DNA of 64,000 bases, taken from Bacteroidota bacterium. Lineage in GTDB: Bacteria; Bacteroidota; Bacteroidia; Bacteroidales; JAGONC01. The stretch covers positions 8,255 through 72,254 of the forward strand of contig JAKLFC010000011.1 of the NCBI GenBank assembly GCA_022711405.1, written 5' to 3'. The notes under the pieces were generated by a model. The model was not told the DNA's origin. It searched no databases and worked only from the letters and a program-made list of their open reading frames with translations. This document shows, piece after piece, positions 17,060 to 26,100 of this stretch. The position numbers and the translations under genes are program-made. Within the stretch, counting starts at the first letter, position 1. Every line of letters starts with the position of its first letter.

Positions 17060-18550
17060 ATGAGTGACAAAAAACAAAAACAGGGAAAGGGTGCAATGGA
17101 CCGTCGCACCTTTTTGAAAACTGCCGGTGTGGCAGCAGCCGGATTCACCATCCTGCCCAGTTATGTCGTATCCGGCCTGGGACACCGTGTGCCAAGTGAT
17201 AAGCTGAACATCGCCGGCGTGGGCGTGGGAGGCCGGGGCGGCGGAGTGATAAAGGCCGTCAAAAGCGAAAACATTGTCGCCCTGTGCGATGTGGACTGGG
17301 ACTATGCATCGGGTCTTTTCAATGAGTTTCCGGATGCCGTGAAGTTTTACGACTGGAGGGAGATGTTCGATAAGATGGCCAATCAGATCGATGCCGTGGT
17401 AGTGGGCACACCCGACCATTCCCATGCCATCATTTCCATCAATGCGATGAAGCTTGGAAAACATGTGTACTGCGAAAAACCGTTGACCCATTCTGTGTGG
17501 GAATCCCGCCAGATGACCGAGGTGGCAGCCAACTACAGGGTGGCCACCCAGATGGGCAACCAGGGTAATTCGGGCGAAGGCATCCGCCAGACCTGTGAAT
17601 GGATCTGGGACGGCGCCATCGGGGAAATAAGGGAAGTGCATGCGTGGACCAACCGGCCGATATGGCCGCAAGGGCTGGAGCGTCCGGAAGAGATCATGAA
17701 GGTCCCAAAGACGCTGCGCTGGGATCTTTTCCTTGGACCTGCGAAGGATCGGCCGTACCACTCCATATATCACCCATGGAACTGGAGGGGATGGTGGGAT
17801 TTCGGCACCGGCGCCCTCGGCGATATGGCCTGCCATATCATGGATCCCATCTTTAAGGCGTTGATGCTCAAATATCCTGTGAAGGTGCAGGGCAGCTCCT
17901 CGCAGTTCAATACAGAATCTCCACCCCTGGCAGAAGTGGTCACCTACACGTTCCCGGCACGGGATAACCTGCCACGCCTGGCCATGCCCGAAGTAAAGGT
18001 CACCTGGTGGGACGGAGGACTGCTCCCGCCAAGACCCGATGAACTGCCTGCCGGCGAGGTAATGGGCCGTGACACCAATGGCGGCGTCCTGTTCATCGGA
18101 TCCAAAGGCAAACTGATGTGCGGCTGCTATGGACGTGACCCGTTCCTGTTACCGCTCTCCAGGGATGAAGCCTACCCGCGCCCCCTCCCGTCCCTGAGAC
18201 GGATCGAAACCAGCCACGAAATGGATTGGGTAAGGGCATGCAAGGAGAGCCCCGGTAACCGCACCGAAGCAAGTTCTTACTTCGGATATTCCGGACCAAT
18301 GAACGAAATGGTGGTGATGGGTGTGGTCGCTGTCAGACTCCAGGATCTCAAACGTGAACTGGAATGGGACGGGCAAAGCATGCGCTTCACCAACATCGGA
18401 GACAATGACGAGATCAGGGTGGTGACCAGCGATAAATTTCAAATCATTGACGGCCATCCTCATTTCGACACCAAACATGCCACCATGAACGCCAAACAGG
18501 CGGCGGAGGAATACATTAAGCATACATACAGAGAGGGGTGGGGCTTTTAA
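17060..18550 (+). CDS. Gfo/Idh/MocA family oxidoreductase, TAT-exported
   Basis: 496 aa. DRRTFLKTAGVAAAGFTIL. IAGVGVGGRGG. YCEKPLTH. Confidence 0.8.
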   Translation: MSDKKQKQGKGAMDRRTFLKTAGVAAAGFTILPSYVVSGLGHRVPSDKLNIAGVGVGGRGGGVIKAVKSENIVALCDVDWDYASGLFNEFPDAVKFYDWREMFDKMANQIDAVVVGTPDHSHAIISINAMKLGKHVYCEKPLTHSVWESRQMTEVAANYRVATQMGNQGNSGEGIRQTCEWIWDGAIGEIREVHAWTNRPIWPQGLERPEEIMKVPKTLRWDLFLGPAKDRPYHSIYHPWNWRGWWDFGTGALGDMACHIMDPIFKALMLKYPVKVQGSSSQFNTESPPLAEVVTYTFPARDNLPRLAMPEVKVTWWDGGLLPPRPDELPAGEVMGRDTNGGVLFIGSKGKLMCGCYGRDPFLLPLSRDEAYPRPLPSLRRIETSHEMDWVRACKESPGNRTEASSYFGYSGPMNEMVVMGVVAVRLQDLKRELEWDGQSMRFTNIGDNDEIRVVTSDKFQIIDGHPHFDTKHATMNAKQAAEEYIKHTYREGWGF

Positions 18551-18557
18551 TCCAGGA

Positions 18558-18601
18558 CCCCTCCCCAATCCCTCCCCTAAGGGGAGAGGCCAGGGGTGGG
18601 G
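18558..18601. repeat. C-rich/G-rich hairpin element CCCCTCCCCAATCCCTCCCCTAAGGGGAGAGGCCAGGGGTGGGG
   Basis: Read directly, 8 nt after the stop at 18550. Related to the element at 43735-43776. Confidence 0.75.
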
Positions 18602-18602
18602 T

Positions 18603-18634
18603 AACAATTTAACAATTTAACAATTCAACAATTT
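18603..18634 (+). repeat. (AACAATTT)x4 octamer array, 7 nt upstream of ATG 18642
   Basis: AACAATTT AACAATTT AACAATTC AACAATTT, read directly. Confidence 0.9.
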
Positions 18635-18641
18635 AACCGGA

Positions 18642-19427
18642 ATGATGAAAAAACTAAGTTTCTTATTAATGGCAATAGTTATGGTTGCAGCATGCAAGAG
18701 TCCATCAAAAGTGACACAACAGACAACGACCCCGGGAAAAGTCAAAATTGAAGCAAAAATGGCGGCGCCCAACACCCTTACACAGGCCGAGATCGATGAA
18801 GGCTGGCAGCTGCTTTTCGACGGGAAGAGCACCCAACACTGGCGGGGCTATAACAAACCCGATTTCCCCAAAGGATGGGAGGTGGTGGATGGCACCCTCC
18901 ATGTGATCGGTTCGGGCAGGGGAGAAGCAGGCCAGGGCGGTGACATCATCACCAGGGAGAAGTTCAGGAACTTTGAGCTGTCACTGGAATGGATGGTGGA
19001 TACCGGAGGGAACAGCGGTATCTTCTACCTGGCACGGGAAGTCGACGGCGAGCCCATCTGGAAAAGCTCTCCTGAAATGCAGATCCTGGATAACTTCAAT
19101 CACCCGGATGCCAAGCTGGGAATAAAAGGAAACCGCCAGGCAGGTGCGCTCTATGACCTGATCCCGGCTGTGCCGCAGAACTTCAAGGGTCCCATGCAGT
19201 GGACCCCCGTGAAGATCATGGTGTATAAGGGTACCGTCGTGCACTATATGAACGGTGAACAGGTGCTGGAGTACCATCTATGGACAGATGACTGGAAATC
19301 CATGTGTGCCGGCAGCAAATTCAAGGATTACGACATGTTCATCAACACTGCGGAAGAAGGCTATATCGGACTTCAGGATCATGGGGATGATGTGTGGTTC
19401 AGGAACATAAAGATCAGGAAGATGTAA
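18642..19427 (+). CDS. DUF1080 (3-keto-disaccharide hydrolase-like) lipoprotein
   Basis: 261 aa. Lipobox LLMAIVMVAAC. GNSGIFY, EMQILDN and GLQDHGDDVWFRNIKI are typical of the DUF1080 concanavalin-like fold. Confidence 0.75.
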   Translation: MMKKLSFLLMAIVMVAACKSPSKVTQQTTTPGKVKIEAKMAAPNTLTQAEIDEGWQLLFDGKSTQHWRGYNKPDFPKGWEVVDGTLHVIGSGRGEAGQGGDIITREKFRNFELSLEWMVDTGGNSGIFYLAREVDGEPIWKSSPEMQILDNFNHPDAKLGIKGNRQAGALYDLIPAVPQNFKGPMQWTPVKIMVYKGTVVHYMNGEQVLEYHLWTDDWKSMCAGSKFKDYDMFINTAEEGYIGLQDHGDDVWFRNIKIRKM

Positions 19428-19430
19428 CGA

Positions 19431-19522
19431 TATCAGATAAACCGATTAACCGATATCGGATATCTGATTTGATTTACGATTTAAATCAAAAATCAAATAT
19501 CGGTCAATCGGTTAATCAGATA
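19431..19522. repeat. ~92-bp nested imperfect palindrome between convergent DUF1080 and nfnB genes
   Basis: TATCAGATAAACCGATTAACCGATAT vs the reverse complement of ATATCGGTCAATCGGTTAATCAGATA (23/26 match). Inner pairs TTTGATTT/AAATCAAA and ATCAGATA/TATCTGAT. Confidence 0.7.
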
Positions 19523-21325
19523 TCATTTCCTTGTTCGCGGATGGGTTTTGGATAATTTCCGGTGCATGGCCCTGGCAGCTATCCGTCCTGCACCCATGGC
19601 CAGGATGACGGTAGCGGCCCCGGTGACGATATCCCCGCCTGCATAGACGAATTCCTTGGTGGTCTCCATGGTTTCGGCATTGACCTGTATATATCCCCTT
19701 GCATCGAGTTTCATATCCGGGGTGGAGTGGAAGATGACTGGATTGGGCCCATTGCCAACGGCTACGATGGCCATGTCACATTCCAGGATAAAATTGGAAC
19801 CTTCGATGGGTATCGGCCTTCTGCGGCCAGATGCGTCGGGTTCTCCCAACTGCATCTTGATGCATTCCATTCCCTTGATCATCTTGTTGTCGGTACCCAG
19901 AAAACGTATCGGATTGGTGAGCAGCCGGAATTTGATGCCTTCCTGGCCTGCATGATGGACCTCCTCAGCACGTGCAGGCAGCTCCTGCCGTGAACGGCGG
20001 TAAATGATGGTCACCTCCGAAGCTCCCGTTCGGATGGCCGTCCGGGCGCAATCCATCGCCACATTGCCCCCGCCGATCACAGCCACCTTATTTCCTTTCG
20101 GTTTTGGTGTGTCATACTCAGGGAAGCGGTAAGCCTTCATCAGATTCATCCTGGTCAGGTATTCATTGGCTGAGAAGACATTACCCAGGCTTTCCCCTTC
20201 CACGCCCAGGAACCAGGGCGCTCCGGCACCCACACCAATAAAAACGGCATCGAAATGCTCCAGTAATTCGTCAATGGTCAGGATGTTACCAATGATATGG
20301 TTCATTTCAACCCTGACTCCCATCTTTCTTAAAAAATCGATCTCAAATTTCACGATGCTTTTTGGCAGACGGAATTCGGGTATACCGTACGTGAGCACCC
20401 CTCCCGGTTCATGAAGTGCCTCATAGATCGTGACTTCATACCCAAGCTGGCGCATATCGGCTGCGACCGTCAATCCGCCGGGTCCCGATCCGACCACTGC
20501 AATCCTCTTCCCGGTGCTGGTCCTGATCTCGGGAATCTTCACCCTGTCGGATTTCCGTTCCCAATCAGCCACAAAACGTTCGAGCCTTCCGATAGCGACG
20601 GGTTCATCCTTTTTGCCAAGGATGCAATTCGCTTCACATTGCGATTCCTGTGGACAAACCCTCCCGCAGATGGAAGGAAAGACGTTGGCTTCCTTGATTT
20701 TCTTTATGGCAGCATCGAACTTCTCTTCTGCAATCAAGGCTACAAACGTTGGGATATCGATATTGACCGGGCAGCCTTCCACGCACCCCGGCTTCTTGCA
20801 CTGCAGACAGCGGCCGGCTTCCAGTAGAGCCAGCTCCGTAGTGTACCCGTAAGGCACTTCCTGAAAGTTACTGGTCCTTACCAGCTGGTCCTGCTCGGGC
20901 ATCGCCTGGCGCGGAATCTTCAGTTTGATGAACCGCTCATCCTCTCTGGTGATACCGTGCCAGTGACATCCGTATTTCAAACAAAAATAGAAGGGGATCA
21001 GCTTGGCATAGGCCGACACGATAGCTTCTCCAACCTTTGATCCGCAATCCGCACACCTGACCTCCGTGTTGATAATACTTTTCTTGCACTGAGGGCAGAT
21101 CAGATCATCAAGCACTTCTCCGTCATTGAGCGGATAGGAAGCTTTTACTTCAAAGACATCCAGGTAAGGACTCAGCCTGATTTCAAAATCATTTTCATGG
21201 TATTTCGCATTGAAAAGAAGACTCCTTTCATTTTGCCTCTCAACGTTGAAGGTTTTCTTACAGTGAGGACAGTAAAAACTGAGGAATGTTTTGAACTTTA
21301 AATAACGTACATCCTGCTCTAACAT
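19523..21325 (-). CDS. nfnB: NfnB/GltD-like NADPH-dependent flavin iron-sulfur oxidoreductase with ~140-aa Cys-rich N-terminal extension
   Basis: 600 aa. CLQCKKPGCVEGCP, CGRVCPQESQCEANC, VAVVGSGPGGLTVA, VAVIGGGNVAMDCAR, YAGGDIVTGAATVI. The N-terminus carries CPHC, CPQC, CADC and C..GCHWHG. Confidence 0.8.
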   Translation of the reverse strand: MLEQDVRYLKFKTFLSFYCPHCKKTFNVERQNERSLLFNAKYHENDFEIRLSPYLDVFEVKASYPLNDGEVLDDLICPQCKKSIINTEVRCADCGSKVGEAIVSAYAKLIPFYFCLKYGCHWHGITREDERFIKLKIPRQAMPEQDQLVRTSNFQEVPYGYTTELALLEAGRCLQCKKPGCVEGCPVNIDIPTFVALIAEEKFDAAIKKIKEANVFPSICGRVCPQESQCEANCILGKKDEPVAIGRLERFVADWERKSDRVKIPEIRTSTGKRIAVVGSGPGGLTVAADMRQLGYEVTIYEALHEPGGVLTYGIPEFRLPKSIVKFEIDFLRKMGVRVEMNHIIGNILTIDELLEHFDAVFIGVGAGAPWFLGVEGESLGNVFSANEYLTRMNLMKAYRFPEYDTPKPKGNKVAVIGGGNVAMDCARTAIRTGASEVTIIYRRSRQELPARAEEVHHAGQEGIKFRLLTNPIRFLGTDNKMIKGMECIKMQLGEPDASGRRRPIPIEGSNFILECDMAIVAVGNGPNPVIFHSTPDMKLDARGYIQVNAETMETTKEFVYAGGDIVTGAATVILAMGAGRIAARAMHRKLSKTHPRTRK

Positions 21326-21337
21326 AGTTCAATGCCT

Positions 21338-22162
21338 TTAGCGTATGGAAAACAACAGGGATGTCTTTTCATCGGCCAGATACATATTATTTCTTTTTTC
21401 CAGTTCCTCAAAATCGACCTGGAAACCATCAAAATCAGGTCCATCCACACAGCAGAAGCGTATTTCATCGTTGATCTTGACCCTGCATCCGCCGCACATG
21501 CCCGTACCGTCGATCATGATGGGATTCAGGCTGACCATCGTGGGAACATTGTATTGCCGTGTAAGCCGGATGATATTCTTCATCATGGGTATGGGGCCAA
21601 TGGCATACACCAGTTTGATGTCGTACCTTTCTTCCAGGTATTTTGCCAGGGGACCCGTCACAAAACCCCGTTCGCCATAGGTGCCATCATCCGTGGTGAT
21701 GACCAGTTCATCGCAAAGGATTTCCATCTCATTTTCCAGGATGAGCATATCTTTTGTCTTTGAACCGATGATGCCAATGACATAGTTACCCGATTCCTTG
21801 AATGCCTTGGTAATATGATGCAGGATCGCTACTCCCGTTCCACCGCCGACCATGACGACAGTGCCCTTTTTATCTGTGTCTGCAGCCCTGCCCAGAGGAC
21901 CAACCACATCCTTGATGAAATCTCCCTCATTAAGGGATCGCATCAGAGCGGTAGTCTTGCCCACCACCTGGAAGATGATGGTAATGATTCCCGCAAACTC
22001 GTCTTTATCAGCCACAGTCAAAGGTATTCGCTCACCGGTGTCATTGACGCGGATGATGACAAATTGTCCCGCTTTTACTTTCCTGGCGATTTTTGGCGCT
22101 TCGATATCGAAACGGATGATCGTCCCCATCGCCATCTCTTCTTTTCGTTTGATCTGAAACAT
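21338..22162 (-). CDS. nfnA: NfnA-like (sulfide/dihydroorotate dehydrogenase-like) FAD/NAD-binding [2Fe-2S] subunit
   Basis: 274 aa. GQFVIIRV..GERIPLTV, VMVGGGTGVA, and the C-terminal cluster GMCGGCRV...CCVDGP. Confidence 0.8.
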   Translation of the reverse strand: MFQIKRKEEMAMGTIIRFDIEAPKIARKVKAGQFVIIRVNDTGERIPLTVADKDEFAGIITIIFQVVGKTTALMRSLNEGDFIKDVVGPLGRAADTDKKGTVVMVGGGTGVAILHHITKAFKESGNYVIGIIGSKTKDMLILENEMEILCDELVITTDDGTYGERGFVTGPLAKYLEERYDIKLVYAIGPIPMMKNIIRLTRQYNVPTMVSLNPIMIDGTGMCGGCRVKINDEIRFCCVDGPDFDGFQVDFEELEKRNNMYLADEKTSLLFSIR

Positions 22163-22196
22163 AAACTAATATCAATTGACTTAATGACCTCTAATA

Positions 22197-23066
22197 TTAC
22201 CATTCCAGGCTATCTTCGATCTTCATTTCATAAAGATCGTCATCACTCAGGCCATGCCAGCGGCAGCCTTTCTTCGTACAAATGTAAAACGTAATGAACT
22301 TGGTCCGGGCAGAGATATTGATCCTGGCAACCGGAGAATGGCACCAGTCGCAGTGTTTGTCTTCCTGCCGGAGGCTTTGATGGCAATGCGGGCACTGAAT
22401 ATCCTTTAGGGTCTCGTGTTCCCTGAGAAATACCGTTGATTTTGAAGTGAAAACATTCAGGTAAGGGCTGAGCATGATCACTCCCGTTTCATTTTTTTCG
22501 TTTGTAATATCCAGTTTGATCATGTCATCCTCGATAAGGCTTTTTAAACAATGAGGACAATATGTCTGAAGAAATGTTCCTGATTCAATGATCTCCTTGA
22601 ATTCATCCACTTTTTTCTCCTCGATGAAGACAGGCCTGACCTCAGGTTTTTGAGACATTCTGCCCCTGAATCCATATTCCTGGTACATCCTTCTCAGGGC
22701 ATCACCCAGGTCGGTGAATTCCACGGCGTGGTTTTTACATCCCACCCTGGAACAAATGGCGACTCTTCCCCCCGTTTCCAGGTGAAAATGCACCATCGGA
22801 GCTCCACAGGTCAGGCATTCCACATTGGAGAGGATCTGCTGCTGACAGTGCGGGCAGTAAAAACCGGCAACTTTCCCAACCGGAAGCTCCATATCACAAA
22901 TATAATTATAACTGCCGTAGACAGAGCTCAGATGGATGGTGCCCCGCTGTCCCCCCATCTCGATAAGCAGCCTGATGCTGGCTTCATTGTCCACCAATTG
23001 CTCATCGTCCATGAGCATTTTCCCGCATATCGGGCATTTGACCCTGAGTGAAAGAAATTCGTACAT
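22197..23066 (-). CDS. Cys-rich protein with two tandem copies of the module found at the NfnB N-terminus
   Basis: I prefer ATG 23066 (MYEFLSLRVKCPICGK...) over the supplied 23120, because a TATATTTG box lies at 23090-23097. Copy 1: CPIC...CPHC-x9-CLTC...C..GCKNH. Copy 2: CPHC...CPHC-x9-CDWC...C..GCRWHG. Confidence 0.7.
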   Translation of the reverse strand: MYEFLSLRVKCPICGKMLMDDEQLVDNEASIRLLIEMGGQRGTIHLSSVYGSYNYICDMELPVGKVAGFYCPHCQQQILSNVECLTCGAPMVHFHLETGGRVAICSRVGCKNHAVEFTDLGDALRRMYQEYGFRGRMSQKPEVRPVFIEEKKVDEFKEIIESGTFLQTYCPHCLKSLIEDDMIKLDITNEKNETGVIMLSPYLNVFTSKSTVFLREHETLKDIQCPHCHQSLRQEDKHCDWCHSPVARINISARTKFITFYICTKKGCRWHGLSDDDLYEMKIEDSLEW

Positions 23067-23089
23067 AATGATTGTAATTAAACGTGGTA

Positions 23090-23097
23090 CAAATATA
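23090..23097 (-). promoter_or_regulatory. -7 box TATATTTG upstream of the Cys-rich gene / nfnAB
   Basis: 23 nt upstream of ATG 23066, inside the 97-bp gap after the stop at 23164. Confidence 0.45.
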
Positions 23098-23163
23098 ATG
23101 GTTACAAAAGCACTTAGCAAGTCACTCTTTCGTTCCTGCCTGTGATGCCGGATACATCCCGCC

Positions 23164-26100
23164 TTATTGCCATGTGATCACAGAAATCCTTTTTTTCCCG
23201 TCCATCTTGATCATCAGGGGCTTTTCGAAACGGACATGCCGGAAGAACCGGGCCTTTAGTACCTGGGGCTGCTGATCCAGCACATCCCAGCGGATGAACG
23301 TCCTGGGATTGTCATCCTGGATCGAAAAATACCCAACGTTCATGGAAGTTACATTATGAAAGAAATGGGATCCGGATGATGCATCCAGGGGGAATCCTTC
23401 CAGGCTGGTTTCAACGATGATCTTTGCATTGGATATCTGAGGCCAGTTCACCGGGATGCCAATCCAGCGGTCGCGTGTTCCCCACCTGCCGGGTCCGATC
23501 AGTACGTACTTTTTCCCTTCCTGACCCATCTGTCTGTTCAGCTGTTCTATTTCAGCAGCCATCTCCACCGTCTTCGATTTATCAAAAAGATTCCTGTCCA
23601 CGTAGATGACATCGTAAATAGTGGATATCATCCCGTTGCCCATTCCTTTTTCCGTGTACAGAAGGATCGACTCCCTGCTGATCTCATCCATGTCCACATT
23701 GTAATCCTGTGAGCTCCCCAAAAGAGGTTTGATCTGAAGCAGGTAAAAGGATGCCTTGTAATCCCTGTCCTTATTCAAATCTACCGCAAATTCGATTTCA
23801 ACGGGAGATCCAAGGGCTTCTTTCACCACATCGAGCGTAACCCCGATGGTTTGCGCCAATGGTATGTAATTGTATTTCAATATGTCGGCAAAGTTTACGA
23901 TACGGGGACCGGGTTTGCTGAGCCCTGGCATGATGGTGTTGTTTTCCACATTATACACCGAGGCGCAATGTGAAAGGGTTCCATGGCGCTCTGCAGCATC
24001 GATTTCGAGCCTGACCAGCCCGGCGGTGTCACCCTCCATCAGGTTTATCTTTCTCTTCTTCATATCCACTGCAAAAAATTCGAGCTGGGAGTTCTGAAAC
24101 TGTGCCTTGGGAGTATTGATCTCCACATTGGGGTATTTTGGCGAAAACCGGTGTGCTTTTTCTCCTTCCACTACATATTTTCCCAGTCCGAGTGCCAGCA
24201 CGGCAAATCCTTCCTCCGGCTTCATGTAGGAAAAAGGATAGTAATTGTAGGATTGCGCTACACCGCTTATGTGCGGATAGTACGCATCTTCATAGCGGTT
24301 CCCTACGACCTCCTGCAGTACGACGGCCATTTTTTCCTCTTCCAGCTTGTAATTGATGGAATGGATGTATCCCCTTGCCACGGGTGAGAATACCGAGGCG
24401 AACACCAGCTTGATGGCATCCATCAACTGAGTAAGCCGCTCGTTGGGATCGGGATGGTTATTGGGCAGCAGATACGTTTCAAAGATACCTGCAAAAGGCT
24501 GCATGAGCGAGTCCTCGAACAATCCCGACGACCGGACGGCCAGCGGCCTGTTGATCAGCTTAAGGTATGTCTTCAGCCTTTTGATGAGTGTTTCTGTAAG
24601 ATGACCCTTCAGGAACCATTTTTTGATCTCCTCATAGTCCTCTATGTTGAGAATCCTTTCGTAGAGCTTGTTCCTGATCATGAAGTATTCGAATTCCTCC
24701 GTGCCGATGACCGAAGTGATGGGTGTTTTGATGTTGATGTTGGGCACGGAGCCCGTGAAGTCGAAGTTATAGATCAGGGTATTGATGAATGCCAGACCGC
24801 GTCCTTTGCCTCCCAGCGATCCTGCCGACAAACTGACCACGTTGGTCTCATCGGTGATCGCCGATTCTTCAAATGGTACCACCTTCCCCTTATTCTGCTC
24901 GTCCCTGAACTGCTGGATGACACTGAGCAGGTACTGCCGGATATGTTCCACCGATTTGAACTCGTCCACCTTCTTGGGATGCAGTATCCGTGCTGCCTGT
25001 ATCTCCCCCCGGGCCATCAGCCAGAGCGAAAAATGATCATGCCGGGCGTGATAAAGCAGCGAATCACCGGGAATGGTCCTGAGCTGTTTCTCAAATTCCT
25101 TCAGCGACTGTGCAACGCCGATCTGGTTGCCTTCATTATCCCTGAAAAAGAAACTTCCGAATCCAAGGTAGTGCGTGATAAAGCTTTTCAGATCCTGCAA
25201 CAGGCTATCCGAATTTTTATCGATATAGGTCACCTTGAGCTCATAGGCAGTTTTTTCATTTTCTCTTTCTGACGACTGAAGAATGACCGGCAGCCGGGGA
25301 AGTTCCCTGCGGATCTGCTGTATGATCTCCACCCCTGCATTTTCAAGCGGTATGCCCTGTTTGTCGAACTTCATGTCGGTGATCAGGCAGAGCATATGGT
25401 CGCTGTATTTGCTGACAATCAGCATGGCCTGCTCATAGCTGGTAGCCAGCAGGATCTTGGGCCTGACCCGTAGCTTCAGTACTTTATATAATTCGTCGCT
25501 ACTAACGTCCGTGATGATCTGACGTGTCTGCTCCATGACAATATGGTACAGCAGGGGCAGGTACCGCGAGTAATATTTCGGTGAATCTTCCACCAGGAGG
25601 ATGATCCTTACCAGTCCGACCTCTGTGTCATTGGCTACGTTGATCTTATCTTCCAGGTACTTGACCATGGCAAAAAACATCTTCGATTCACCGTTCCAGA
25701 CGAACAAGTTGTCGATGCACCGTGTCAGATCCTGATTATCCTCGAACAGGGCCAGATCCTTATCATTGTTCAGCAGAAGGAACACGGGTATATAGGGGAA
25801 TTCCCGTTTTACCAGGCAGCTTAGTTCAATGGGTGTGGTCTTGTCCACTCCTATCATAAGAATGACCAGGTCAAAGTGTTTCTTGCGAAGCTGTTCCATG
25901 GCTTCATCAATGGTCGACACGCCGGTGATCCTCGGAATGGAGGTCAGGTTCAGCTGCTGGAACTCACCCAGGACATACTCGGCAAATTTTCCTTCCTTCT
26001 CAATGTTATAGGCGTCGTACAGACTGGCTACCAGCAGGATCTCTTTCACCTTGAAAGGCATCAGGTCATGGTAGATGTCACGGTTTATATTACTATGGGT

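Noticed and set aside
13875-17836. Minus-strand ORFs 13875-14753 (292 aa), 14926-15654 (242 aa), 16067-16561 (164 aa) and 16904-17836 (310 aa)
   Set aside because: All are antisense to well-supported Gfo/Idh/MocA or TIM-barrel genes and lack motifs. They are shadow ORFs.
18149-18607. 152-aa minus-strand ORF beginning MLPHPWPLPLGEGLGRG
   Set aside because: Its N-terminus is just the translation of the C/G-rich hairpin repeat at 18558-18601. The rest is antisense to the oxidoreductase gene.
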